From IMG/VR virus record IMGVR_UViG_3300022865_000009, positions 1 to 53,814 of that record: a stretch of DNA of 53,814 nucleotides. One strand, written 5' to 3'. This DNA comes from a virus (taxonomy: Duplodnaviria; Caudoviricetes). Below are positions 9,717 through 18,473 of this stretch, piece by piece. The notes below the pieces were generated by a model. It was not told where the DNA came from, ran no database searches, and saw only the letters and a program-made list of their open reading frames with translations. The position numbers were made by a program, and so were the translations under genes. The first letter of the stretch is position 1. Every line of letters starts with the position of its first letter.

Positions 9717-10140
9717 AACAGCATTACTTGATGCTTATAAGACAAAAGAAGAAGTCCAAGAAACAAGATTAGATGCTGATGAAGTATCTAACAATAAACC
9801 TCTTTTAGAAAAACTACCTACTCCAACAGGTTGGAGACTTTTAGTATTGCCTTACGCAGGACCTAAAAAAACTAAAGGTGGAATTCTATTAACAGAAACA
9901 ACTAGCGAAACAATACAGATGACAACCGTATGTGCATTCGTATTGAAAGTTGGTGATCTAGCCTACAAAGATAAAGTTAAATTTCCAGAAGGACCTTGGT
10001 GTGAAAAAGGTGACTGGGTAATTTTCGGAAGATATGCAGGATCTAGATTTAAGATAGATGGCGGAGAAGTTCGTCTTCTAAATGATGATGAAATTATTGC
10101 TAAGATCAACGATCCAGAGGATATACATCATCAATATTAA
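9673..10140 (+). CDS. groES: Co-chaperonin GroES (Cpn10)
   Basis: PTGWRLLV, KTKGGILL mobile loop, GDWVIFGRYAG, LLNDDEIIA. Confidence 0.92.
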   Translation: MTENLTTSGETPKVKTALLDAYKTKEEVQETRLDADEVSNNKPLLEKLPTPTGWRLLVLPYAGPKKTKGGILLTETTSETIQMTTVCAFVLKVGDLAYKDKVKFPEGPWCEKGDWVIFGRYAGSRFKIDGGEVRLLNDDEIIAKINDPEDIHHQY

Positions 10141-10166
10141 TACATACGCAAAAACAGGAGCTACAA

Positions 10167-11165
10167 ATGTTAGAAAAAAGTGATTATCAAAAAGATAATG
10201 ATACCTCCAAAGAGGTAGAACTAGATACCGATGGTATCCAAGAACAGTCGATTGAAGTTGAAAAACAATCAGAAGTTGAATCAGATGAAAGTGAACCTAG
10301 AGAAGAAGTTGATTTAGGATATACAGAACCTAAAACTGCAGGAATCGAAGGTATTTCAGTTGAAGAAAAAGAAGATAAAAAAGAAACTAAGGTTGATGAT
10401 TTATCCGATGTTTCAGATAAAGTTAAAAAAAGAATTGATAAACTAACTTTTAAAATCAGAGAGTCTGAAAGAAGAGAAAGAGCAGCATTAGATTATGCAA
10501 AATCTCTTAAATCTAAATTAGATGTATCTGAAACTAAATATACTAAAACTAGTAAAAGTTATGTTGAACAATACTCAGCTAGAGTAGCTGCAGAACAAGA
10601 GAAAGCAAGGCAATCTTTAAAAGATGCAATTGTTGATCAAGATGCAGATAAAATTGCTGATGCAAATTCTTTAGTAGCCAAGTTAGCCATTGAAGCAGAA
10701 AAAGCTAAAATGACTGCAGTCGAAGAAGATGAAAGAGAAGCAGCTAGGCAAACAGAAATTACTAGAGCTGAAACTCAACAAACTACTCCACCACCTCAAA
10801 ATCCTACTTATCCAGAACCATCTAGAAAGGCTCAAAATTGGGCTGAAAGTAATGAATGGTTTGGGTCAGATAAGATTATGACAAGTGCTGCGTTTCAAAT
10901 TCACCAAGATCTTATAGACCAGGGGTTTGACGTAGAGAGTCAGGAGTATTATAATGAAATTGATAAAACAATGAAGGATAATTTCCCTCATAAGTTTAAT
11001 CGTCAGGAGCCAAAGAAAATCGTTCAAACTGTGGCCTCTGCTCAACGAAACCAAAACGGACGCCGATCAGTGAAACTCACTCGTTCACAAATAGCTATCG
11101 CTAAAAAATTAGGGGTGCCACTAGAGGAATACGCAAAATACGTGAAGGAGAATGCAAATGGATAA
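10167..11165 (+). CDS. Putative capsid scaffolding protein
   Basis: Acidic N-terminus, long coiled coil, C-terminal AKKLGVPLEEYAK helix; upstream of the capsid genes. Confidence 0.75.
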   Translation: MLEKSDYQKDNDTSKEVELDTDGIQEQSIEVEKQSEVESDESEPREEVDLGYTEPKTAGIEGISVEEKEDKKETKVDDLSDVSDKVKKRIDKLTFKIRESERRERAALDYAKSLKSKLDVSETKYTKTSKSYVEQYSARVAAEQEKARQSLKDAIVDQDADKIADANSLVAKLAIEAEKAKMTAVEEDEREAARQTEITRAETQQTTPPPQNPTYPEPSRKAQNWAESNEWFGSDKIMTSAAFQIHQDLIDQGFDVESQEYYNEIDKTMKDNFPHKFNRQEPKKIVQTVASAQRNQNGRRSVKLTRSQIAIAKKLGVPLEEYAKYVKENANG

Positions 11166-11631
11166 TACTATAAAAAGAACCTCACGCGAGTCAGAAAGCA
11201 GAAAAGAAACTATGAAAAAAACTGCTTGGGCTCCACCATCAAGTTTGGATGCACCACCTGCACCGCAGGGATACGCTCATAGATGGATAAGAACATCTGT
11301 GACTGGGTTTGAGGATACGGCTAACGTAACTAAAAAACTCAGAGAAGGTTGGGAATTTGTAAGAGCAGATGAGATTCTTTCGAACCCAAGCTTAGGCCAA
11401 TATCCTGTAATTAAATCAGGTCAATACGATGGATGCATTGGAATTGGAGGCCTTGTGTTGGCAAGGATACCGGAAGAGATTTTAAAATCGCGCGCTGAGT
11501 ATTTTAATAAAATTACTCAAGACCAAATGACCGCAGTCGATAATGATCTTATGAGGGAGCAACAACCAGGGATGCCAATCAATATTGATAGGCAATCTCG
11601 AGTGACCTTTGGCGGTAATTCTAAGAAATAA
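11152..11631 (+). CDS. Head-module hypothetical protein
   Basis: WAPPSSLDAP, HRWIR and KLREGWEFV motifs; between scaffold and capsid genes. Confidence 0.7.
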   Translation: MQMDNTIKRTSRESESRKETMKKTAWAPPSSLDAPPAPQGYAHRWIRTSVTGFEDTANVTKKLREGWEFVRADEILSNPSLGQYPVIKSGQYDGCIGIGGLVLARIPEEILKSRAEYFNKITQDQMTAVDNDLMREQQPGMPINIDRQSRVTFGGNSKK

Positions 11632-11692
11632 TTTCTTAACGATAACTACCTAAGGCGGCTAATATAAATAAACATAATAGGAGAAAAAACAA

Positions 11693-12268
11693 ATGTCAAA
11701 CCAATTAGAAAAGTTCGGTCTTAGACCCTACAGAAAACTAGACGGTACACCACTTGTTGGCGCTCAAAACAGATACACTATTGCAAGTAACTACGGTACA
11801 GCAATATTTCAAGGTGACATGGTAATTCCAGTTACTGGTGGAAATATTGAAAGATACCCTGGTAATACTTCAACAGCTGTTGTGGGTGTTTTCAATGGAT
11901 GTTTTTACACAGATCCTACTACGCAAAAGCCGACCTTCTCAAACTACTACCCAGGTTCAGTTGCAACAGCTGATATTACAGCTTTCGTTGTTGATGACCC
12001 TGACGCAGTATTTTTAGTTGATGCTGATGCAACGTTCGCAAGAGCGGATCTGTTTCAAAACTACTCACTAACAGCAGTTAGTGGAAATACTAAAACTGGA
12101 AATTCGGAACAGCAACTTGATGTTTCTGAATCAGGAACTAATGCAACATTTATTGTACAAGCAATAGATATTTCGCAAGACCCTGATAACTCAGATACTA
12201 GTTCAGCTAACGCGAATATTTTAGTTAGAATCAACAATCACTTCTACAGAAGTGGCACAGGACTATAA
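11693..12268 (+). CDS. Putative capsid decoration/minor capsid protein
   Basis: AGGAG SD; beta-rich, FGLRP and IFQGD motifs; directly upstream of the major capsid gene. Confidence 0.7.
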   Translation: MSNQLEKFGLRPYRKLDGTPLVGAQNRYTIASNYGTAIFQGDMVIPVTGGNIERYPGNTSTAVVGVFNGCFYTDPTTQKPTFSNYYPGSVATADITAFVVDDPDAVFLVDADATFARADLFQNYSLTAVSGNTKTGNSEQQLDVSESGTNATFIVQAIDISQDPDNSDTSSANANILVRINNHFYRSGTGL

Positions 12269-12282
12269 TAGGAGAATAAATT

Positions 12283-13200
12283 ATGGCTATATCACGATCA
12301 CAACTAGTTAAAGAACTAGAGCCAGGATTGAATGCACTATTCGGCCTGGAATACAACAGATACGAAAATCAGCATGCGGAAATTTTCCCTGCTGAGGCGT
12401 CTGACAGAGCTTTTGAAGAAGAAGTAATGTTAAGCGGTTTCGGTTCAGCACCAGTTAAACAAGAAGGTGCTGGAGTAGTGTTCGATCAAGCTCAAGAGAC
12501 TTTTACAGCTAGATACACACACGATACAATCGCATTAGCATTCTCTATTACAGAAGAAGCTATTGAAGACAATCTGTACGACAGACTTGCAGCTAGATAT
12601 ACTAGAGCACTTGCAAGATCTATGTCTAACACAAAACAAGTCAAAGCGGCTGCTGTTTTAAACAATGGACAAATTACTACTGCTATCGGTGGTGATGGTG
12701 TGTCTTTGGTTAATGCTGCGCATCCGTTAGCAACTGGTGGAACGTTCTCAAACGTACTAGCTGTTGCTGCTGATTTGAATGAAACATCGCTTGAGCAATC
12801 TTTGATTGACATTGCAGGTTTTGTTGACGAAAGAGGACTAAAAGTTGCTCTTAACGGTACTAAAATGATAATTCCAAAAGAATTACAATTTACTGCTGAA
12901 AGACTAATGAAATCACCTCAAAGAGTCGGCACTGCTGATAATGATATCAATGCAATGGTTAACATGGGAATGATTCCTGAAGGATACAGAGTTAATAACT
13001 TCTTATCTGACACTGATTCATTCTTTATTCTTACTGATACGCCTAACGGATTTAAACATTTCGTTAGATCACCTATCAAAACTGCTATGGAAGGCGACTT
13101 CGATACTGGTAACGTAAGATTTAAAGCTAGAGAAAGATACAGCTTCGGTTGGTCTGACCCTAGAGCCGTGTTTGGTAATGGAAACTTACCTACAAGCTAA
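12283..13200 (+). CDS. Major capsid protein (HK97 fold, Mu gpT-like)
   Basis: 305 aa; MAISRSQLVKELEPGL start, FSITEEAIEDNLY, KARERYSFGWSDPR; strong SD; terminator follows. Confidence 0.92.
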   Translation: MAISRSQLVKELEPGLNALFGLEYNRYENQHAEIFPAEASDRAFEEEVMLSGFGSAPVKQEGAGVVFDQAQETFTARYTHDTIALAFSITEEAIEDNLYDRLAARYTRALARSMSNTKQVKAAAVLNNGQITTAIGGDGVSLVNAAHPLATGGTFSNVLAVAADLNETSLEQSLIDIAGFVDERGLKVALNGTKMIIPKELQFTAERLMKSPQRVGTADNDINAMVNMGMIPEGYRVNNFLSDTDSFFILTDTPNGFKHFVRSPIKTAMEGDFDTGNVRFKARERYSFGWSDPRAVFGNGNLPTS

Positions 13201-13235
13201 TAATCGTTTAGATTAAATACCTAGCGGTATTACTT

Positions 13236-13274
13236 AAAAGGGGTGGTGCATTAATTTGCATTGCCCCTTTTTTT
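13236..13274 (+). terminator. Rho-independent terminator
   Basis: AAAA-GGGGTGGTGCA-ttaatt-TGCATTGCCCC-TTTTTTT after the capsid gene. Confidence 0.85.
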
Positions 13275-13290
13275 ATGTTAAGAAACCACA

Positions 13291-13755
13291 ATGTTCTTGA
13301 GTTCATTTAAAATAAACAATAATTTTAAAGAAACAATCAAAACAGAAATATTAGGTCTTAAAAAAAATTGGAAAAAAGATTTAAATAATGTTAAAGCATT
13401 AACGTCAGGTTTTTTTCCAAACTATTTATTTTTTGATATTTTAAAAAAACAACTTTCTAATAAATTATTTGAGCTCACAAAATCAAAATATAAACCATCT
13501 TGTTGGTGGGCTAATTATTATAATATTGGTCACTATGCCGATGCTCACTCTCATCAACCAGAACACATAAGTAGTATTATTTTTATAAAAACAGATGACA
13601 CAAATCCTTTATATTTTAATTTAAATCCTGGTATTCTTAAAGTTAAAGAAGAAGAAGGATTAGTTCTATTATTTGATTCAAAAATAGAACATGGTGTAGA
13701 TTTTTGCAAAAGCCCAAGAATTACACTGGCCATAGATTTTGTTAAGGATAATTAA
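13291..13755 (+). CDS. Putative 2OG-Fe(II) oxygenase
   Basis: WANYY..HSH, LLFDSKIEHGV, RITLAID: double-stranded beta-helix signature. Confidence 0.75.
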   Translation: MFLSSFKINNNFKETIKTEILGLKKNWKKDLNNVKALTSGFFPNYLFFDILKKQLSNKLFELTKSKYKPSCWWANYYNIGHYADAHSHQPEHISSIIFIKTDDTNPLYFNLNPGILKVKEEEGLVLLFDSKIEHGVDFCKSPRITLAIDFVKDN

Positions 13756-14259
13756 ATGTCTATATTTAAAGAATTTGATTTTAGTGAAGTTTTAAATAAA
13801 AAAGATTTTGAAACTAAAGCAATAGAATATCTTAAAAAATATCCTTGTTGTGATAAAAAAAATTGCACACACCCCCTTTTTCAAAGTGATTCCGAGTTAT
13901 GGAAAGACAAAGATTTTTATCTAATAGCAGAAAAAATAGCTTCAATTATTTTTAACCATTATCAAAAAAAAATTCATTTAAAAATAAGAATGTGGGCTTA
14001 TTATCAAAAAAAAGATTCAATTCTAGATAGTTATGAGTGGCACAATCATTACAGAGGTGAATCTAAAGAAGAGCTTTCATTTATTATATACTTATCAGAC
14101 ACGGAATTAGGAACATTATTTAAAGTAAACCAAAATATAATTACTTTAAAACCTAAAAAAAATATTTTATATGCATGGAATTCAAAATATGAGCACACTC
14201 CAGAATTAGGTAAACATTTACAAAATAGAGTTATTTTGGCTGGAGATTGTTTAATATAG
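13756..14259 (+). CDS. Putative 2OG-Fe(II) oxygenase-like protein
   Basis: WHNH, SFIIYL, WNSKYEHTP, RVILAGD. Confidence 0.7.
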   Translation: MSIFKEFDFSEVLNKKDFETKAIEYLKKYPCCDKKNCTHPLFQSDSELWKDKDFYLIAEKIASIIFNHYQKKIHLKIRMWAYYQKKDSILDSYEWHNHYRGESKEELSFIIYLSDTELGTLFKVNQNIITLKPKKNILYAWNSKYEHTPELGKHLQNRVILAGDCLI

Positions 14260-14294
14260 TATTTGTGTGTATAATATAAACACTTAGAATAAAT

Positions 14295-14356
14295 TATTAT
14301 GTAGACTGACTAAGCAGACGGTATAGAGACTACATAGTATAACCGCTATACAGGAG
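14295..14356 (+). promoter_or_regulatory. Structured 5' leader (candidate cis-regulatory RNA pseudoknot)
   Basis: 10-bp stem 14295-14304/14330-14339; loop GTATAG complementary to CTATAC next to the AGGAG SD; TGTGTATAAT -10 element upstream. Confidence 0.5.
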
Positions 14357-14364
14357 AAACTATT

Positions 14365-14775
14365 ATGGCAAACACAACTTTTTCAGGCCCGGTTAGATCC
14401 GAAAATGGCTTTGAATCAATTACAAAAAACGAAACAACAGGTGCAGTTTCAGTAAACGCATCTTACGGAGCAACTATTACAGGTGGTGTTCAATCATTAT
14501 CTGGTGCAGGTGCAGTTGATCTTACAAACTTAGTTACAGAACTTACAACAGCCGCAGGTGCTGCTGCAGTTACTTTAGCTGATGGAACAACTTCAGGCCA
14601 AATCAAAATCATTACTATGGTTGTTGATGGTGGCGGAACTGCAACTGTTACTCCAGCCACTTTTGCAAGTGGAACAACTTTAGCTTTCGATGCAGTGGCT
14701 GAAACAGCTACTTTAGTATGGAATAGCTCTATAGGTTGGATTCTTTCTGCAGACAGAGGTGTTACAATAGCTTAA
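14365..14775 (+). CDS. Putative virion structural protein (head fibre/decoration)
   Basis: MANTTFSGPVRS start; Ala/Thr/Gly-rich beta protein; strong SD. Confidence 0.7.
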   Translation: MANTTFSGPVRSENGFESITKNETTGAVSVNASYGATITGGVQSLSGAGAVDLTNLVTELTTAAGAAAVTLADGTTSGQIKIITMVVDGGGTATVTPATFASGTTLAFDAVAETATLVWNSSIGWILSADRGVTIA

Positions 14776-14786
14776 TAAATAATTAG

Positions 14787-14804
14787 TGGCTCCTTCGGGA
14801 GCCA
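14787..14804 (+). other. cUUCGg tetraloop hairpin
   Basis: TGGCTCC-TTCG-GGAGCCA, intergenic, no U-tract. Confidence 0.75.
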
Positions 14805-14819
14805 TGAACTAGGAGAATT

Positions 14820-15146
14820 ATGTTTAAAGGCGATATACAAGCTACAAGATCAACAGCAGGAAACACAGGGACTGCCGTAATTTCACAACCAATAAGGTTA
14901 AAAGGAATTATTGTTGCTAACGATGGTGTTGGAGCAGGTCTTTTAGAATTAACTACCACTTCAAATACTGGGGATACATTATTTATTGCAGACTGTCCAA
15001 CTGGCGATGTGATTAACTTTTCTTTTCCAGACGATGGTATTTTATTTCCAAAAGGAATATTTGTTAAAACTTCAACAAATATTGAAGCTTACACATTATT
15101 AACAGATAAATATTCTGGCCCTAACTTAACAACGAGTAACGGATAA
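14820..15146 (+). CDS. Small beta-rich structural protein
   Basis: AGGAG SD; IRLKGI...FPDDGILFPKGIFV. Confidence 0.7.
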   Translation: MFKGDIQATRSTAGNTGTAVISQPIRLKGIIVANDGVGAGLLELTTTSNTGDTLFIADCPTGDVINFSFPDDGILFPKGIFVKTSTNIEAYTLLTDKYSGPNLTTSNG

Positions 15147-15433
15147 TGGGTGGTTCAAGTTTTTCATCAGATCAAGGTAATGCTCATGCAACTGCTACAG
15201 CACAACTAGTTGCAACAGGCGGTAGAGTTAGACTAACTTCTATTCAAGGAGAAGGTATTGCATCAGCATTATTAGTTTTTAAAAGTGGTGGAGCTTCTGG
15301 TTCTACAATAGCTACTTATGGATTTGGTGTAGATGGTTTATCTGTTTATGTTCCAGGAAATGGTATTGTTTTTGAAGATGGTATTCACGTTACAGTAACT
15401 AACTGTCCAAACGTTTCTATAACTTTTACGTAA
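15146..15433 (+). CDS. Small beta-rich structural protein, paralog of the previous gene
   Basis: VRLTSI...VPGNGIVFEDGIHV. Confidence 0.7.
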   Translation: MGGSSFSSDQGNAHATATAQLVATGGRVRLTSIQGEGIASALLVFKSGGASGSTIATYGFGVDGLSVYVPGNGIVFEDGIHVTVTNCPNVSITFT

Positions 15434-15434
15434 C

Positions 15435-15767
15435 ATGGATTATTACGCTGATCTAGGTTTAGAAATAGGCGAAATAGACATAGATTCTTTTGCAAAAGGT
15501 GGAATGCCTAAACGTAATAAGAAAAACTATCGTAGCACTAAATCTGGTGCAGGAATGACCCGTAAAGGTGTTAAAGCTTACAGAAAATTAAATCCCGGAT
15601 CAAAATTAAAGACAGCAGTTACAGGTAAAGTTAAAAAAGGCAGTAAAGCTGCTAAACGTAGAAAATCATACTGTGCAAGAAGTGCTGGACAAATGAAGCA
15701 GTTTCCAAAAGCAGCAAGAGATCCTAATTCTAGACTAAGACAAGCTAGAAGAAGATGGAAGTGCTAG
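15435..15767 (+). CDS. Highly basic protein with an acidic N-terminal leader
   Basis: MDYYADL...FAKGG followed by an R/K-rich body ending RRRWKC. Confidence 0.75.
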   Translation: MDYYADLGLEIGEIDIDSFAKGGMPKRNKKNYRSTKSGAGMTRKGVKAYRKLNPGSKLKTAVTGKVKKGSKAAKRRKSYCARSAGQMKQFPKAARDPNSRLRQARRRWKC

Positions 15768-15949
15768 AAAAAACATACTGGATGTTTTTAGACATCCTTA
15801 TGTATGTTATACTAGGTTTATTATTTTTTTTAATTTTAGGGGCAACATTTATTAAAACCATGATTGACAAATACATTATAAAATTTCTAGAGTTTTGTGA
15901 CAACACTGTAGCTAAAATATCTAATTTTTTTAACAAAAAGAAGAAGTAA
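15755..15949 (+). CDS. Small membrane protein
   Basis: One long hydrophobic segment, basic C-terminus. Confidence 0.55.
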   Translation: MEVLEKTYWMFLDILMYVILGLLFFLILGATFIKTMIDKYIIKFLEFCDNTVAKISNFFNKKKK

Positions 15950-15950
15950 C

Positions 15951-16109
15951 ATGATGGTAAAGTGTAAAACTTGCGGCCATGGGTGTCATTGTAGTGAAGA
16001 TAAAATAGATTCTGAACACTACACACCATTAATGGATTTGTGTGAATGTAAAAAATGCCAGCATGAAGTAAAAGAAATTGAATACGAGGAGTGTTTATCG
16101 TGTCAATAA
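15951..16109 (+). CDS. 52-aa Cys/His-rich protein (not in ORF track)
   Basis: MMVKCKTCGHGCHCS...CECKKCQH...EECLSCQ; 9 Cys and 4 His. Confidence 0.7.
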   Translation: MMVKCKTCGHGCHCSEDKIDSEHYTPLMDLCECKKCQHEVKEIEYEECLSCQ

Positions 16110-16195
16110 TGGAGTGTGCCCGGATGAATTATTATTTTACAGGTGTATTGGTTATAGCTTTTATTGCATTAACAATGATTGTAGCACCAATATGA
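16109..16195 (+). CDS. 28-aa membrane peptide
   Basis: TAATG and ATGA overlaps on either side; YYFTGVLVIAFIALTMIVAPI. Confidence 0.45.
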   Translation: MECARMNYYFTGVLVIAFIALTMIVAPI

Positions 16196-16380
16196 ACCGA
16201 AAAACTAATACAGCATTAATTGCATTACTTGGTACTATCCTTATGGGTTTAGCTACCTGGACATTGGTCACACTCATAGAACTTCAGTTAATAGTAGCCA
16301 TGATCCAATCTGATTTGATGTCTATTGATAAGCAATTCGGAAGGGTTTACAATTTCATCGATTCTGTTAGAGGTAAGTAA
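16192..16380 (+). CDS. Small membrane-anchored coiled-coil protein
   Basis: MNRKTNTALIALLG...; start revised from 16078. Confidence 0.55.
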   Translation: MNRKTNTALIALLGTILMGLATWTLVTLIELQLIVAMIQSDLMSIDKQFGRVYNFIDSVRGK

Positions 16381-16949
16381 TGCTAATAAATAAAAATGTA
16401 TACTTTGTGCATGTTCCAAGAACGGGTGGAAGATATATAACCAATTTATTCAAAATTAATGAACACGAAGTTTCTCTTGATGCCTTTAATACAAAATGGA
16501 AAAACAAAGAAATAGGTCATCTAACTTATCCAGATTATGAAGTTTATTTAAATTTTTTAAAATGTACAAAATTTGCTGTAATAAGAGACCCAATTACAAG
16601 ATTTTTAAGTGCTATAAACTCTGATGTAAAATTAAATAAAGATACAATCGACACTATGCTTAGTAGTCAAGAAAATTTAAACCTTTATTTAAATAATTTA
16701 ATTTTTAATGATGATGATAATTGGTATACGCCTCAAATAAATTTTTTAAATTATGACGTTAAAATTTATAAATATGAAAATGGTTTAGGCGCTAAGTTTG
16801 TTGAATGGATAAATAATAATTTTAATTTAAAATTAGAAACATTTGATGCAAGATCTTTTTCAGAAGTTTTTGAAATAAATTTAACTAATAAACAAAAACA
16901 ATATGTTGAAAATTATTATTATAAAGATTTTAGGCTACTTAATTATTAA
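16380..16949 (+). CDS. Sulfotransferase family protein
   Basis: 5'-PSB motif FVHVPRTGG, 3'-PB motif IRDPITRFLSA, PQ and YYKDF..LNY. Confidence 0.8.
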   Translation: MLINKNVYFVHVPRTGGRYITNLFKINEHEVSLDAFNTKWKNKEIGHLTYPDYEVYLNFLKCTKFAVIRDPITRFLSAINSDVKLNKDTIDTMLSSQENLNLYLNNLIFNDDDNWYTPQINFLNYDVKIYKYENGLGAKFVEWINNNFNLKLETFDARSFSEVFEINLTNKQKQYVENYYYKDFRLLNY

Positions 16950-17449
16950 TGGTTACTAAAATTAAAAAAATTCTACCTTCTAAAGCAAATAAAGAAATAA
17001 TTAAAATACTACAAAATACTCCAGGTTGGTATTTTGGTTATGATGAAAAAGAAGAAGATAACAATTTTAACAAAGATCAAGGATTGGCTTTACAAACTTT
17101 TAATGAAGAAGTAATAGCTCATCCTAATCATCAAACATTAAATATGTTTGCTTTTATAATAGCTAACAAAATTTGTGATGAATTATCAATGACTTTTAAT
17201 AAACTAAAAAGGGTAAATTATAATTTTTATCATCCATTATCTATGGGTAAGCCACACACTGATTATAGCAATGATAACTTTTATAGTATATTATATAATT
17301 TAAATACAAATGATGGCTATACAAAAATACAAGAAGAAAAATTTATAAGTAATGAATCGGAAGCTTTACTTTTTAAAAGTAATCAAATACACTTTGGTTG
17401 TGGACCAACTGATGGTCTAAGATATAACTTAAATATAATTTTTTCATGA
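16949..17449 (+). CDS. Putative 2OG-Fe(II) oxygenase
   Basis: PHTD, SILY.LN..DG.T, FKSNQIH, RYNLNI. Confidence 0.75.
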   Translation: MVTKIKKILPSKANKEIIKILQNTPGWYFGYDEKEEDNNFNKDQGLALQTFNEEVIAHPNHQTLNMFAFIIANKICDELSMTFNKLKRVNYNFYHPLSMGKPHTDYSNDNFYSILYNLNTNDGYTKIQEEKFISNESEALLFKSNQIHFGCGPTDGLRYNLNIIFS

Positions 17450-17922
17450 ATCTATCTCGTAATTTTAATCTTCAAGAGTTAATCAAATCAGACACTGCTG
17501 TCCGTAAGGGCATAGATAATAATCCTAACTCAGATCAAATAGCAAAATTAAAATTACTTTGTGATAATATTTTACAACCCGTCAGAGATCACTTCGGTCC
17601 TGTAGTAGTGACCTCGTGTTATAGATCTCCAGAGTTATCTCAAGCTATTGGTAGTTCAGTCAACAGTCAACACTGCGATGCGGAAGCCGTTGATTTTGAA
17701 TGTCCGGGAGTTGATAATGCTGAGCTTTGTGACTGGATATATAAGAACCTTGAATATGATCAAATGATTCTCGAGTTCTATAAAAAAGGAGAACCCAACA
17801 GCGGATGGTGTCATTGCAGTTATGTTGAGGATAAACCTAGAAAACAATTCTTGCATGCATTTAGGGAAGAGGGTAAAGTTAAATATAAACCAATTTTAGG
17901 AAAGGCAGTTGATTTAGTATGA
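17446..17922 (+). CDS. Peptidase M15A family endolysin
   Basis: LSRNF.L.E, SCYRS, SQH..AEAVD, WCHCS zinc-peptidase motifs. Confidence 0.88.
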   Translation: MNLSRNFNLQELIKSDTAVRKGIDNNPNSDQIAKLKLLCDNILQPVRDHFGPVVVTSCYRSPELSQAIGSSVNSQHCDAEAVDFECPGVDNAELCDWIYKNLEYDQMILEFYKKGEPNSGWCHCSYVEDKPRKQFLHAFREEGKVKYKPILGKAVDLV

Positions 17923-18473
17923 AATTAAATTTATTTTCTGTTCCGATATTTATTGATAATATTGATAGCTCTAAGATAGATATTAAAAATCAAAATTTTG
18001 AAAAAACATGGAACTCCGAAACTTTATCTTCATTTAATTATTCGAATATATTAGATAAGGAATCTTTTAACTATCTTTTAAAAATTATAGCTGGTTCACT
18101 TTCAACACAATTTAAGGAGCCCTTAAAAATTCAACTATTAAATATTTGGGAAAATAGATATACTGATAATGACTTTCAAGAAAAACATGCTCATCCTCAG
18201 GCTCATTTTTCATTTATTATTTATAAAGAAGTAACTGAAGGTAAAACAATATTTTTTAATCCTGCAATTAATTTAATAGAATCTTATTATCCCGCACCTT
18301 ATTTTTTTAACAAAACTAATTTTTTTCAATTAGAGTTTTTGCCTAAATGTAGAAAAGATCAAATAGTCATATTTCCAAGTTTTATAGAACACATGGTTAA
18401 AAAAATAAATAACAGTGTAACTATATCCGGTAATATAACTATTCATCCAAATAACTCAGAATCTAAATGGTAA
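17919..18473 (+). CDS. Putative 2OG-Fe(II) oxygenase
   Basis: FQEKHAHP, SFIIY, IFPSFIEHMV, TISGN. Confidence 0.8.
   Translation: MKLNLFSVPIFIDNIDSSKIDIKNQNFEKTWNSETLSSFNYSNILDKESFNYLLKIIAGSLSTQFKEPLKIQLLNIWENRYTDNDFQEKHAHPQAHFSFIIYKEVTEGKTIFFNPAINLIESYYPAPYFFNKTNFFQLEFLPKCRKDQIVIFPSFIEHMVKKINNSVTISGNITIHPNNSESKW

Noticed and set aside
14295-14356. Assignment to SAM-II/SAM-V riboswitch or hammerhead ribozyme
   Set aside because: Consensus nucleotides of those families were not recognised; kept as an unknown structured RNA candidate
16078-16191. N-terminal extension of the 100-aa ORF in the track
   Set aside because: The region is better explained by the Cys-rich ORF and a 28-aa membrane ORF; the likely start is 16192
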